From an uncultured Desulfobacteraceae bacterium (GTDB lineage: Bacteria > Desulfobacterota > DSM-4660 > Desulfatiglandales > B25-G16), in contig CAZSWT010000001.1 of NCBI GenBank assembly GCA_964611035.1, positions 2,320 through 66,319 on the forward strand: 64,000 nt of DNA, read 5' to 3'. Under the pieces are notes generated by a model. That model was not told the origin of the DNA. It did no database searches and saw only the letters and a program-made list of their open reading frames with translations. The position numbers were made by a program, and so were the translations under genes. Positions 1 through 8,581 of the stretch are shown here, one piece after another (the stretch's first letter is position 1; each line of letters begins with the position of its first letter).

Positions 1-1
1 T

Positions 2-61
2 TCTCTTTTGGATATGCCTTCTGAAGAAAGTGAGGCCGCTAAAAAACGGAAGGAAGCCTAA
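2..61 (+). CDS. 3' end of a CDS truncated by the window edge (…SLLDMPSEESEAAKKRKEA*)
   Basis: Open frame from base 2 to TAA at 59-61; too short to assign. Confidence 0.4.
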   Translation, partial: SLLDMPSEESEAAKKRKEA

Positions 62-236
62 CCGAAAAATGGCAATTTTACTTTCTAATCAATGACGTGT
101 CTGCCTAGATATTAAATATGATTGGATCGAAGATTTGAAAACGTATTAGAAAGTTTTTGATGGGTGGTCTGGGCTATGACTTATAGCAGTATACAAAAGC
201 CCAGGGATTAACGGGGACTATACACAGGGGTACACA

Positions 237-267
237 TAAAAATGGCAGGGCTGTTTCTGGCCCTGCC
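237..267 (-). terminator. Intrinsic terminator after the PEP-CTERM gene
   Basis: 8-bp stem GGCAGGGC/GCCCTGCC (244-251/260-267) followed by TTTTT on the minus strand, 25 nt past the stop. Confidence 0.7.
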
Positions 268-292
268 TTGAATGTCTAATGATTGATGCTGC

Positions 293-862
293 TTATCTCT
301 TCCTCAACTTCCTTCTTAATCCAAACAGGCCTGCTAAACCTGATCCAAGCAAGAGCATTGTAGCGGGTTCAGGGACGGGAGCGCCTGTTTGATATGCCCA
401 AATATTCATGTCCGCGGTGGAAGTGTCTTCATTTTGAATAAAATCGGCGACCACAGTATTGTCAACAAATGTCCACCCCGTATCTAAACCAAAAGCGAAT
501 GCCCACCCGAATGGGTCCGCGCCATCGTCATACGATCCCCAAATTAGTTCGCGATTAGGCGCATCCCCCATCAACGGTTTATATGTGGTTGTCCACTCAT
601 TGCTTGTTAGTGGAAGTGAATCGAGCAATTCCTGGACATCTGTTTTGGTTGCGAATGTAAATCCTGCGTTGTTTGCCGCTGCGACCATCGTAGTGGTACT
701 CATATTAAAGAAGCTATCCATATCTAACCATATACGGCCAGTGTTGACATCCTGAAATGTGTCGAATCCACCGATATTCCCTCCATCAATGATGGCTGCA
801 TAGGATTGTTTTACCCCACATACAATTGCTATTGCACATAAAAACACTAAAAACTTTTTCAT
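293..862 (-). CDS. PEP-CTERM sorting-domain surface protein (exosortase target)
   Basis: N-terminal signal peptide; C-terminal VPEPATMLLLGSGLAGL transmembrane helix plus basic tail RRKLRKR; AGGAG RBS. Confidence 0.93.
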   Translation of the reverse strand: MKKFLVFLCAIAIVCGVKQSYAAIIDGGNIGGFDTFQDVNTGRIWLDMDSFFNMSTTTMVAAANNAGFTFATKTDVQELLDSLPLTSNEWTTTYKPLMGDAPNRELIWGSYDDGADPFGWAFAFGLDTGWTFVDNTVVADFIQNEDTSTADMNIWAYQTGAPVPEPATMLLLGSGLAGLFGLRRKLRKR

Positions 863-1315
863 TTTATAGCTCCTTTCCTGAATTGGTTAGAATTTGGTAC
901 TCCCAGCAGAACAGCCAGTGTCCTGTCAGGAGCAAAGTAAGCACATTTTGAGGTATATCTCCATGGAAATTTCCCTCAATTTGAGTTAAGGTGTGGAGAA
1001 AACCACCTAAACCATTACTATTTATATGCAAAAATCATGCAAAATTAAGCAGTTAGAAGATTGCTTCAGATTTCAAATAGTTACGATAACCTTGCTGAAG
1101 CGTTATTGTGAATTGTGTAAAAGAATACAAACATTATGGGAAAATAAATTCCACTTTTTGGTAATAATTTCAATACATTTCGTGGGAGAAGCCGAAAGAA
1201 AGGAAACTATAATTGACATGTGTGTATCAAGAAGAGAGATGAGGAAAGGTCTATTATATCTGTATCTGACTCAAGATAATCAAATAGCCCCAGAAAAAAT
1301 CATAAGAGATAGAGC

Positions 1316-1690
1316 GTGCAAGAAAACTTTGATGAATCCGTTCAAGAGATATCGAATACCTATAACCATGCAATTGAGAGGCTTTTAAGCCTCCTGGAGT
1401 ACCTGGACAGAAAAAAACAGGTCCGTCATTATGATACTTATATCAAGAAGGGTGAAGAGCGATCCAAAGCATTTCCCAAAAGAATTAAGGCCTTTCTTCT
1501 CTATACAGTCTTTGGCCTTATGGTTCCTGAAATCTGTCAATTAGAAAATATTAAACATTACACACAGGCCTGGCAGATGATCAGAACGGTAGGAGACAAG
1601 CTAAAGGCCAATGAAACCTTACTTTTGGGTGAGACTCATGAAGAAAGGGGGGACGCTAAAAACGTAAGAAACTCAATTAAGCCTATATGA
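1316..1690 (+). CDS. Hypothetical protein with possible sigma70 region-4-like helix-turn-helix
   Basis: 124-aa ORF, GTG start; segment KAFLLYTVFGLMVPEICQL…AWQMIR loosely resembles the sigma r4/HTH pattern. Confidence 0.4.
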   Translation: MQENFDESVQEISNTYNHAIERLLSLLEYLDRKKQVRHYDTYIKKGEERSKAFPKRIKAFLLYTVFGLMVPEICQLENIKHYTQAWQMIRTVGDKLKANETLLLGETHEERGDAKNVRNSIKPI

Positions 1691-1826
1691 TTTTTTTCTT
1701 TTCTATAGGGGGTGGTAATTCTGGCCGCTGCTTTTTTAGGACTATGATTGTCATTTAAGAATGGGATAGGGTGTCTTTTCAAGGCCGGCAGCAAGCCTAA
1801 GCGAAAAATGGCAATAAAAAAGGAAA

Positions 1827-2204
1827 TTAGGTAATTTGCGTGACATATTGTTTCAGGTGTCTCTTTATATGATTTAGTAAAGGAATTATATCACTTCGAA
1901 TTTCATCGGCGGTGAAAACTCTCATGTCGTAACGTCCATTTTCGCTGTCATCCTTTAAGGGTTTATACCATGATGTATAAAATTTCCTCCCCAAGTTTGC
2001 ATCTTTTCTTATAAGGTTTCCTCTTTGAAAATAGTTAACTGGATGTTCGTTTTGGGCAGCAAAATAGGAATCGAGGTAGTGAAGTGTTGAGTAAAAGACA
2101 CCGTTAACCACCCAATCTAGATAAGGTGTTTTATCCAAATCGAAAGATGAAAAAAACTGTTCATTATGTTTGGCCTTACTAATGTGGTCTCCCAAGTTAG
2201 GCAT
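1827..2204 (-). CDS. HEPN-like domain protein
   Basis: Pattern H-x2-KA-x-HN…DW…FY-x2-LH…GRY typical of small all-helical HEPN proteins; last gene of a tight 3-gene operon. Confidence 0.6.
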   Translation of the reverse strand: MPNLGDHISKAKHNEQFFSSFDLDKTPYLDWVVNGVFYSTLHYLDSYFAAQNEHPVNYFQRGNLIRKDANLGRKFYTSWYKPLKDDSENGRYDMRVFTADEIRSDIIPLLNHIKRHLKQYVTQIT

Positions 2205-2209
2205 AACTT

Positions 2210-2746
2210 TTAAGGTCTTTCAAGTATAATTTTATCCTTCGATGGGTAAAGCTCAGTGATATCTCTATCGTTCCTACAGATTACGTGAAAATCGAAATAT
2301 AAGTCTTTAAAAAGTTCAAGAATATCATATTCAACGTCATAAATCTTCTTTCTACTGTCCCTGTTTAGCGTGTTGATAACTGTCCAAATCTCTATTGAAT
2401 TTTCTTCTCTAGAGAAGAAAACATATTCAACATCAGGAACCTTGAAGATTCCATTAGCAATGAAATTTGCTAAGTTATTTGTCTTAGTGTCCCAAGTATC
2501 AAGTTGGGGCATGGGATTAGCTTGGCTCCTTAATATCATTTGTTTAATATATATGTGCCAGTTGATATTGCTCCGCAAAACTTCTGGCCATGATGCGCAA
2601 AATTGGTTTTTATTGGTTCTTTGAGGCATCCCAACTGGTTGTCGATCTTCATGTTCGTCACCTAGTGTAAACCAGGGAAGTTCTTTATGATTAAATGATA
2701 TAATATGCTTTATTGTGTTAACTTCCATGTTCATTACCTCAATCAT
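2210..2746 (-). CDS. Hypothetical protein, C-terminal half like a degenerate minimal nucleotidyltransferase (MNT) fold
   Basis: VEYVFFS…IEIWTVI…IYDVEYDILE…FDFHVI matches MNT secondary-structure order but lacks GS and DxD; sits directly upstream of the HEPN-like gene. Confidence 0.45.
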   Translation of the reverse strand: MIEVMNMEVNTIKHIISFNHKELPWFTLGDEHEDRQPVGMPQRTNKNQFCASWPEVLRSNINWHIYIKQMILRSQANPMPQLDTWDTKTNNLANFIANGIFKVPDVEYVFFSREENSIEIWTVINTLNRDSRKKIYDVEYDILELFKDLYFDFHVICRNDRDITELYPSKDKIILERP

Positions 2747-2747
2747 T

Positions 2748-3011
2748 TTAATGCAACTTTGGACCTTCTTTCTTTAAGTGCTCTGGGACTGAAACACCTA
2801 CAACATTTGAGGATTTCACCAAATAAATTGGATTTCCTTCATTATCATATTTGTTTTGTACTCTTACAATATTTGAAGTCACTAATTTCACTCGAATGGT
2901 CGTGCCATCAGTAACTTCGTACTCATTCCATTCTTCTTTTTTTGTTTTGAAATCCAACTCAATAGCATCGACCGGCTTACCTTCGAAATTAGCGTGAACT
3001 TTTTTTTCCAT
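2748..3011 (-). CDS. Small beta-rich hypothetical protein (87 aa)
   Basis: GGGGGG RBS; EEWNEYEVTDGTTIRVKLV…GNPIYLV pattern; stop lies 1 nt from the next start. Confidence 0.75.
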   Translation of the reverse strand: MEKKVHANFEGKPVDAIELDFKTKKEEWNEYEVTDGTTIRVKLVTSNIVRVQNKYDNEGNPIYLVKSSNVVGVSVPEHLKKEGPKLH

Positions 3012-3239
3012 AACCCATCCCCCCTTTGTTTTAAAACACCCGAAAGTTCAATAAAACTTACCAAAGGACTCTATTAGGAAAAAAAACAGAAGTCAATAAG
3101 AAATTATGGCCTCTGGGGACTTGTATACCTGAGGGTAAGGGTTTGCAATATTAATATTGGATAATGGCAATATGGCTATATTGCCCCGTTTATTAAGATC
3201 ATATCACATTGGTCTTGGATAATCTGAATTTAACTCCAA

Positions 3240-3450
3240 TTAATGACCAAAATCAATATCAAACAGACTGTTGTAAACCACAGATTCATTAATCACCCTC
3301 TCTTTCCAACCCTCTTCTTGAGCCACACAAACCCCACAAACACCATTCTCTGTATCCCTGTAAATGCCAAGCCCCACCTCTCTATATGAGAAATGGGGTT
3401 TAAGTATTCAAGTTCATGGCACCCTCGATTAGGATTCAATTATTATAGTA
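3240..3450 (-). pseudogene. Probable frameshifted remnant of a small CxxC protein
   Basis: 55-codon start-less frame ILKPHFSYREVGLGIYRDTENGVCGVC…DFGH* that joins an upstream frame (…GCHELE) if one A is restored near 3409. Confidence 0.3.
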
Positions 3451-3556
3451 TTGCTATCTTATCGTATTCTGTAATAGAGCTCTATCAAGGATAGAAATGA
3501 AGGTCAAAATCTGTATTCTTCTATATCCATTAGTGAGGGACAAATAGGATATCAAC

Positions 3557-3597
3557 AAAAAAATAAGGGTTAGTGGAAACCCACTAACCCTTATTTT
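3557..3597 (-). terminator. Intrinsic terminator of the tRNA-Phe transcript
   Basis: Perfect 17-bp stem AAAATAAGGGTTAGTGG (3560-3576)/CCACTAACCCTTATTTT (3581-3597), 4-nt loop, T-run on the minus strand. Confidence 0.85.
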
Positions 3598-3604
3598 ACT
3601 ATTA

Positions 3605-3677
3605 TGCCGAGACGCAGAATTGAACTGCGGACACGGGGATTTTCAGTCCCCTGCTCTACCGACTGAGCTATCTCGGC
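3605..3677 (-). tRNA. tRNA-Phe (GAA), CCA not encoded
   Basis: GCCGAGATAGCTCAGTCGGTAGAGCAGGGGACTGAAAATCCCCGTGTCCGCAGTTCAATTCTGCGTCTCGGCA folds into a cloverleaf. Confidence 0.97.
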
Positions 3678-3706
3678 TTACTTCCAAATATTTTAATAGC
3701 GCTGCA

Positions 3707-4459
3707 CTACTTTTTGGTATCTTCATCATCATCAAGTTCGAGATTTAGCTCCAAATCCTCTGAATCCAGATCATCCATATCCTTCTCAGGCTCTTCTTTC
3801 TTAACGCTTTCTTTCTCTGCATCTTCCTCTGAAGGAGGCAACTCAAGATCACCTTCATTAGACTCAACATTATCATCTTGTTCCAATGAAGGCTCCGTGT
3901 CAAGATTTTTCACATCATCAAGATCAAGATTTAGTTCCAGGTCCTCTGAATCCAGATCCAGATCATCCATATCCTTCTCAGGCTCTTCTTTCAGAGCGCT
4001 TTCTTTCTCGACGCCTTCCTCTAAATCTGCTCCTTGAGTCACATCTTCTGTTACATCAGCTTCTTCTTTCATCTCTGGAGTGCTATCACCAGAGCTAAAA
4101 TCCAGCTCTAATTCTTTATTATCAGATGACATGACAAGGTCATCTATGTTGAGCTCAAGGTCTTTATCTGGTTCCGAAACAGTTTTTTCGTCGATAGTAA
4201 TGTCCAATTCCGATCCATCATCATATACTTCTTCCGGCCTCATCTCTATATTCTCAGCCTCACCTTTCATTTGTTCCAGTGACTCAATACCAAATGCACT
4301 ATCACTGAGATCGCCAGTCAAAGAGCCTAACACAAAAGGTGGATTAGGCTTAATGGAGAAGATGTTGAGTTTGGTCTTCTCTCCTGTCATATCCTTGCCA
4401 CACCGAGGGCACGTATCTAAATAATCAAAGGTAATAAATTTGCATTTAGGGCATTTCAT
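3707..4459 (-). CDS. Zinc-ribbon protein with very acidic low-complexity tail
   Basis: CPKC…CPRC at the N-terminus; D/E-rich body with an internal duplication. Confidence 0.8.
   Translation of the reverse strand: MKCPKCKFITFDYLDTCPRCGKDMTGEKTKLNIFSIKPNPPFVLGSLTGDLSDSAFGIESLEQMKGEAENIEMRPEEVYDDGSELDITIDEKTVSEPDKDLELNIDDLVMSSDNKELELDFSSGDSTPEMKEEADVTEDVTQGADLEEGVEKESALKEEPEKDMDDLDLDSEDLELNLDLDDVKNLDTEPSLEQDDNVESNEGDLELPPSEEDAEKESVKKEEPEKDMDDLDSEDLELNLELDDDEDTKK
3730..4009. repeat. Intragenic direct repeat, about 90 bp x2 (3730-3817 and 3916-4009)
   Basis: Encodes KESxxKEEPEKDMDDL(DL)DSEDLELNL twice; the copies differ by a 6-nt indel plus substitutions. Confidence 0.9.
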
Positions 4460-4582
4460 AATTGCTCCTTTATAATAGCGATAATTAAGAAACGATGTAT
4501 TTTGCCTGATCTTATATAACTATTTATTATAATTGTCAAGTAATTTTATTATAATTATATATCTTTAGCACCGTTAAGCATC

Positions 4583-5038
4583 TCACCTTTTTAGATTTCC
4601 CCTGATTGCGTGCCTCGCCAATGTATCACATCTTTCATTTTCAGGGTGCTGAGAATGCCCCTTAACCCATTGCCACTCTATCTGATGTGGTTTACTTACT
4701 GCAAGCAATTCCTCCCAAAGATCCCTGTTTAAAACCGGCTTTTTTTGTGAATTTAACCAATTCTTTTTGAGCCATCCATTAATCCAGATTGTGATTCCTT
4801 GATAGACATAATTTGAATCAGTAACTATCCTCACCCGTGAAGGCCTTGTAAGTGTTTTTAGGCCCTCTATTACAGCCATCATTTCCATGCGATTGTTGGT
4901 AGTATTTGGACAATACCCTGATATCTCTTTGACTTTTTTTTCATATCGCAATAGTATTCCATAGCCGCCTGGACCTGGATTGCCAGAGCACGCACCATCG
5001 GTAAATATTTCTACTATTTTGCTTTCATCTCTTTCCAT
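4583..5038 (-). CDS. rnhA: Ribonuclease HI
   Basis: FTDGACSGNPGPGG, TTNNRMEM, TDSNY, WVKGH, NERCD motifs; start reset to ATG 5038 (GGAAGG RBS). Confidence 0.95.
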   Translation of the reverse strand: MERDESKIVEIFTDGACSGNPGPGGYGILLRYEKKVKEISGYCPNTTNNRMEMMAVIEGLKTLTRPSRVRIVTDSNYVYQGITIWINGWLKKNWLNSQKKPVLNRDLWEELLAVSKPHQIEWQWVKGHSQHPENERCDTLARHAIRGNLKR

Positions 5039-5327
5039 ATAACCCTTCCATATGTTATTTCTACCTTCTTTTTTTATTCCAAACATTGAGAAACAAAACA
5101 GGGTATTGTATATAGTTTCATACCATACCTTTAAGAAACTTTTTAATGTATTTACGTTCATTACTCTTCCACGTCCGTTCAGGCAACACCTTTATTGCGT
5201 TATCATTCCTTTTTTTCCTCATATATAACGTGAATATCCTTGCCCACTTTTTCTTGTATTCATCCCTGGCTATATTGTATAGATAGTGTAATAAAGGTCT
5301 CATCATATACCCCTTGAGGAGTATGCT

Positions 5328-6521
5328 ATGAACTGGTTATCTATTTTTATAGGTATTTGTATTGGATTTGTGCTTGGTCTATTGGTTTCCATTGTATTGA
5401 GATTACAACAAGGAAAAACAGCCAAAGAGCTTGCTGACGAATTATTCCATGAAAGTGAGGCACAAAGAAAGGCAAACATTGATGCAATACTTGAAAATAT
5501 CAAGGCAAGCTTTGGAAATCTCTCCCTTGATGCACTGTCAAAGTCAACCGAAGAATTCCTCAAGTTAGCTAAATCCCGGCTTGAATCAGAAAGAGAAATC
5601 AGCCTCAAAGAACTGGATGGGAAAAAAGGCCTGATTGACCAGCAATTGCAGCAGATGACATCCAAACTTGAAAATGTTTCCACAGTAATGAAGGAGCTTG
5701 AAAAGGATAGAGTAGAAAAATTTGGGCAACTTACAAGTCACCTTAATACCGCTACCCAGCAAACAGCAGCACTTATGCAAACAACCAGTCAACTGCGCGA
5801 GGCATTAGCAAGCACAAAGGTGAGAGGTCAGTGGGGAGAAAGAATGGCAGAAGATGTCTTGCGGTTGGCGGGTTTTATTGAAAACGTAAATTATCTTAAG
5901 GAAAAGACTATTGAAGGGGCTGGATCACGACCAGATTTTACCTTCTTTCTTCCCGGGAACTTAAAACTGAACATGGATGTCAAGTTCCCTCTCACTAATT
6001 ACATCAAATTCCTTGAAACTGATGTGGAGCCAGAGAAGGTAAAATTTCGAAGCGACTTCTTGAAGGACGTAAAGGCCAGGATTAAAGAAGTTACCTCAAG
6101 AGAATATATAAACCCTGAGCAAAACACTTTAGACTATGTGCTTCTGTTTATCCCCAATGAGCAGGTGTATTCCTTTATTCATGAACAGGATAGTTCAATA
6201 CTTGATGAGGGATTAAAAAACAGGGTGATTTTTTGCTCGCCTATAACACTTTTCGCAGTCCTGGCCGTCATCAGGCAGTCTGTAGATAATTTTGCCCTGG
6301 AGAGGACATCGGATGAAATACTCTCGTTATTTGGTGTATTCAAAAAGCAGTGGGATGAATTTTTAAAAAAGTTAGACGTATTGGGAAAACGGATTGAAGA
6401 TACGCAAAAAGAATATGAATCACTTGCAACGACAAGGCGTCGGCAACTCGAAAGGCCACTCAACAAAATTGATGATCTAAGAGAACAGAAGGGAATACTC
6501 ATCAGCTCTGATGACAATTAA
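5328..6521 (+). CDS. rmuC: DNA recombination protein RmuC
   Basis: N-terminal TM plus coiled coil; RGQWGE, RPD, DVKFP, LFIPNE motifs. Confidence 0.93.
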   Translation: MNWLSIFIGICIGFVLGLLVSIVLRLQQGKTAKELADELFHESEAQRKANIDAILENIKASFGNLSLDALSKSTEEFLKLAKSRLESEREISLKELDGKKGLIDQQLQQMTSKLENVSTVMKELEKDRVEKFGQLTSHLNTATQQTAALMQTTSQLREALASTKVRGQWGERMAEDVLRLAGFIENVNYLKEKTIEGAGSRPDFTFFLPGNLKLNMDVKFPLTNYIKFLETDVEPEKVKFRSDFLKDVKARIKEVTSREYINPEQNTLDYVLLFIPNEQVYSFIHEQDSSILDEGLKNRVIFCSPITLFAVLAVIRQSVDNFALERTSDEILSLFGVFKKQWDEFLKKLDVLGKRIEDTQKEYESLATTRRRQLERPLNKIDDLREQKGILISSDDN

Positions 6522-6570
6522 TAGAGTGGGCCTAAATATTTTCCATAGCCCCATATGCACCGCGGATTCT

Positions 6571-6803
6571 ACTCAGCCACCAAGTCCCTGGCCCAGACCC
6601 GCCTGCCGGATGGCGGGCAGGCCTGGGATGCAGTGACTTATTTTTATAGCACCGCCTCTTTAAGATTGAAGGATTAATAGATTATTACAATCATATCGCA
6701 GGAACATTATCATACTTTATAAAGATTACGATATCTGTAGATATAAACCCACTCTTTGAAAATCAGGTCTGGGCCAGGGACTTGGTGTCTTTGTGGCTGA
6801 ATA
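6571..6803. repeat. Intergenic inverted-repeat (MITE-like) element of the CAGCCAC-CAAG family with an inserted 24-bp palindrome
   Basis: Perfect 22-bp IR 6578-6599 / 6766-6787; ends TACTCAGCCAC…GTGGCTGAATA; CCCGCCTGCCGGATGGCGGGCAGG at 6598-6621. Confidence 0.8.
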
Positions 6804-6807
6804 TTAG

Positions 6808-7377
6808 CTATCTTTTACAAAGATCATAGGCCTGCTGAAGGGCCTCAGGGTGTTCTTTTACTGCTCCTATGGATTCTATCCCTGGAAAAAAACACCCCCC
6901 CTCAAAGCTCATGCCTAATGCATCAAAAAAATACCGTGCGGTCAGTTTGGCGCATTCAAAGAGATTTTTGCCTCTGGTTGCACCTACAGCAATCAAAAAT
7001 CCTCTGCCCCGCGTGGTATCGATTGTAGTTTTACTATCTTTCCCTCCCCTTCTCCTCCACCACATCGCCTGACCCCTGTCAATCAATGCCTTTACCTGGG
7101 ACGTGACACCATAGAAAAATATAGGGGAGGATAGAACAATAACATCTGCATCATCTATGAGAGTATGAATATCCTGCATATCATCCTTGATTACGCAGAT
7201 GCCGGTTTTCGCACACCCATCACACCCTGAGCAGCCAGCGATATGTAAATCTCGCACATAGACTTTTTTAATATCATCACCCTGTTCTTGACATCTCTTT
7301 AACGCACTATCAAGGAGCAAATCGGTATTACCACCCTTTCTGGGGCTTCCATATATCCCAACTACCTTCGCCATCAA
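6808..7377 (-). CDS. Flavodoxin-family iron-sulfur flavoprotein / NADPH-dependent FMN reductase
   Basis: GSPRKGGNT, CxGCxxCxxxGxC, SPIFF…KALIDR motifs. Confidence 0.88.
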   Translation of the reverse strand: MMAKVVGIYGSPRKGGNTDLLLDSALKRCQEQGDDIKKVYVRDLHIAGCSGCDGCAKTGICVIKDDMQDIHTLIDDADVIVLSSPIFFYGVTSQVKALIDRGQAMWWRRRGGKDSKTTIDTTRGRGFLIAVGATRGKNLFECAKLTARYFFDALGMSFEGGCFFPGIESIGAVKEHPEALQQAYDLCKR

Positions 7378-7549
7378 TCCCTCCTAACAAATTATTCTGC
7401 CTGAAAAAAAGTAACGCTTAGGAGCTCTCTTAACTTTCCTTGCTATTTATTGGTATTTAACGTAGCTTATATAATATTTTAGCATAAAAGATCAACGAGA
7501 CCTTTACATAAACCATATTTTTGTAACGAGAATGGACTTTTCTTCAGTT

Positions 7550-7659
7550 TCCCGATCCAAGGATCGGGACTTAGTCTTTTCAGAAACTTATCTGCGGGGG
7601 AGTTTTGCCCTTCTTCCCGCTTTTAGCGGGATTCCCCCACTGATAAGTTGCGAAAAGAC
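7550..7659. repeat. Nested palindromic intergenic element
   Basis: TCCCGATCC-AA-GGATCGGGA (7550-7569); imperfect IR GTCTTTTC…AACTTATC…GGGGGA (7574-7601 / 7633-7659) enclosing TCCCGC-TTTTA-GCGGGA. Confidence 0.75.
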
Positions 7660-7774
7660 AGCGCCCTTCCACCAGTCACTTCATAAAAGCCCATCCTCAT
7701 TATTAGGGTAATAATATTTTTAGGTTTTACAAAGGTCTCACCAACCTAATAAACAGTAAAGTTTAGGATATAGT

Positions 7775-8509
7775 GTGAAAATCGTTGCTGTGATACCAGC
7801 GCGGTATCAATCAAAACGTTTCAATGGAAAACCCCTCGCCCTGATCGCAGGAAAACCTATGATTCAACATGTCTTTCAAAGAACAAAAGCCTGCCCGGAA
7901 CTGGATGAAATATATGTGGCAACCGATGATCTCAGGATTTATGAATGTGTTCAGGAATTCGGTGGTACTGCAATTATGACAGATGAAAATCACCAATCAG
8001 GAACAGATCGGATTGCTGAAGCAGTAGAAACAATTAATCTTGCGGATCGAGATATAGTGGTGAATATACAGGGCGATCAACCAATTTTTCAGCCATCAAT
8101 GCTGTCTGATCTCATACAGGCCCTTATAAAAAATCCAACAATTCCAATGTCTACTCTTATGCATAAAATTATAGATGATCAAGAGCTCCATAATACAAAC
8201 AATGTAAAGGTAGCTGTGGATAACAATGGATATGCCCTCTATTTTTCTCGTTTACCCATTCCTTTTTATCGGGATAAGAAATCAAAAAAAACGATTCATT
8301 ATAAACACTTAGGGCTGTATGCATATAGAAAAGAATTCTTATTGGCATTCACAAAACTTTCCTATGGCCTATTAGAGCACGCCGAAAAGCTTGAACAGTT
8401 ACGTGTTTTAGAGCATGGTTTTAAAATAAAGGTGGTAGAAACAATCTTTGATTCCATTGAAGTAGACACACCAGAAGATATAAAAAAAGTCGAGCAAAAC
8501 CTTTCCTAA
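7775..8509 (+). CDS. kdsB: 3-deoxy-manno-octulosonate cytidylyltransferase
   Basis: IPARYQSKRFNGKPL, SGTDR, NIQGDQP, KHLGLYAY, EKLEQLR. Confidence 0.96.
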   Translation: MKIVAVIPARYQSKRFNGKPLALIAGKPMIQHVFQRTKACPELDEIYVATDDLRIYECVQEFGGTAIMTDENHQSGTDRIAEAVETINLADRDIVVNIQGDQPIFQPSMLSDLIQALIKNPTIPMSTLMHKIIDDQELHNTNNVKVAVDNNGYALYFSRLPIPFYRDKKSKKTIHYKHLGLYAYRKEFLLAFTKLSYGLLEHAEKLEQLRVLEHGFKIKVVETIFDSIEVDTPEDIKKVEQNLS

Positions 8510-8581
8510 ATCAAACACGCTTTATCTGAAACCTTTGAAAAACCTGATTCACCCTGTAAACGAGGGTAGGCTTTTCTTGCA

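Noticed and set aside
54-200. Integron attC site (GCCTAAC inverse core at 56-62)
   Set aside because: No matching GTTRRRY core with attC-like dyad at a suitable distance; no integrase
1026-1046. Sigma54 promoter for the PEP-CTERM gene (TTGCATGATTTTTGCA, minus strand)
   Set aside because: The invariant GG at -24 is TG
1026-1388. 120-aa ORF
   Set aside because: It spans an AT-rich divergent promoter region, overlaps the 1316 ORF and has no protein-like features
1-3600. Prophage or integrative element at tRNA-Phe
   Set aside because: No integrase, no duplicated tRNA 3' end and no phage genes in view; only called an accessory region
5039-5306. N-terminal extension of RnhA and the 62-aa ORF 5118-5306
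   Set aside because: RNase H homology begins at ATG 5038 with its own RBS; the upstream frames show no recognisable motif
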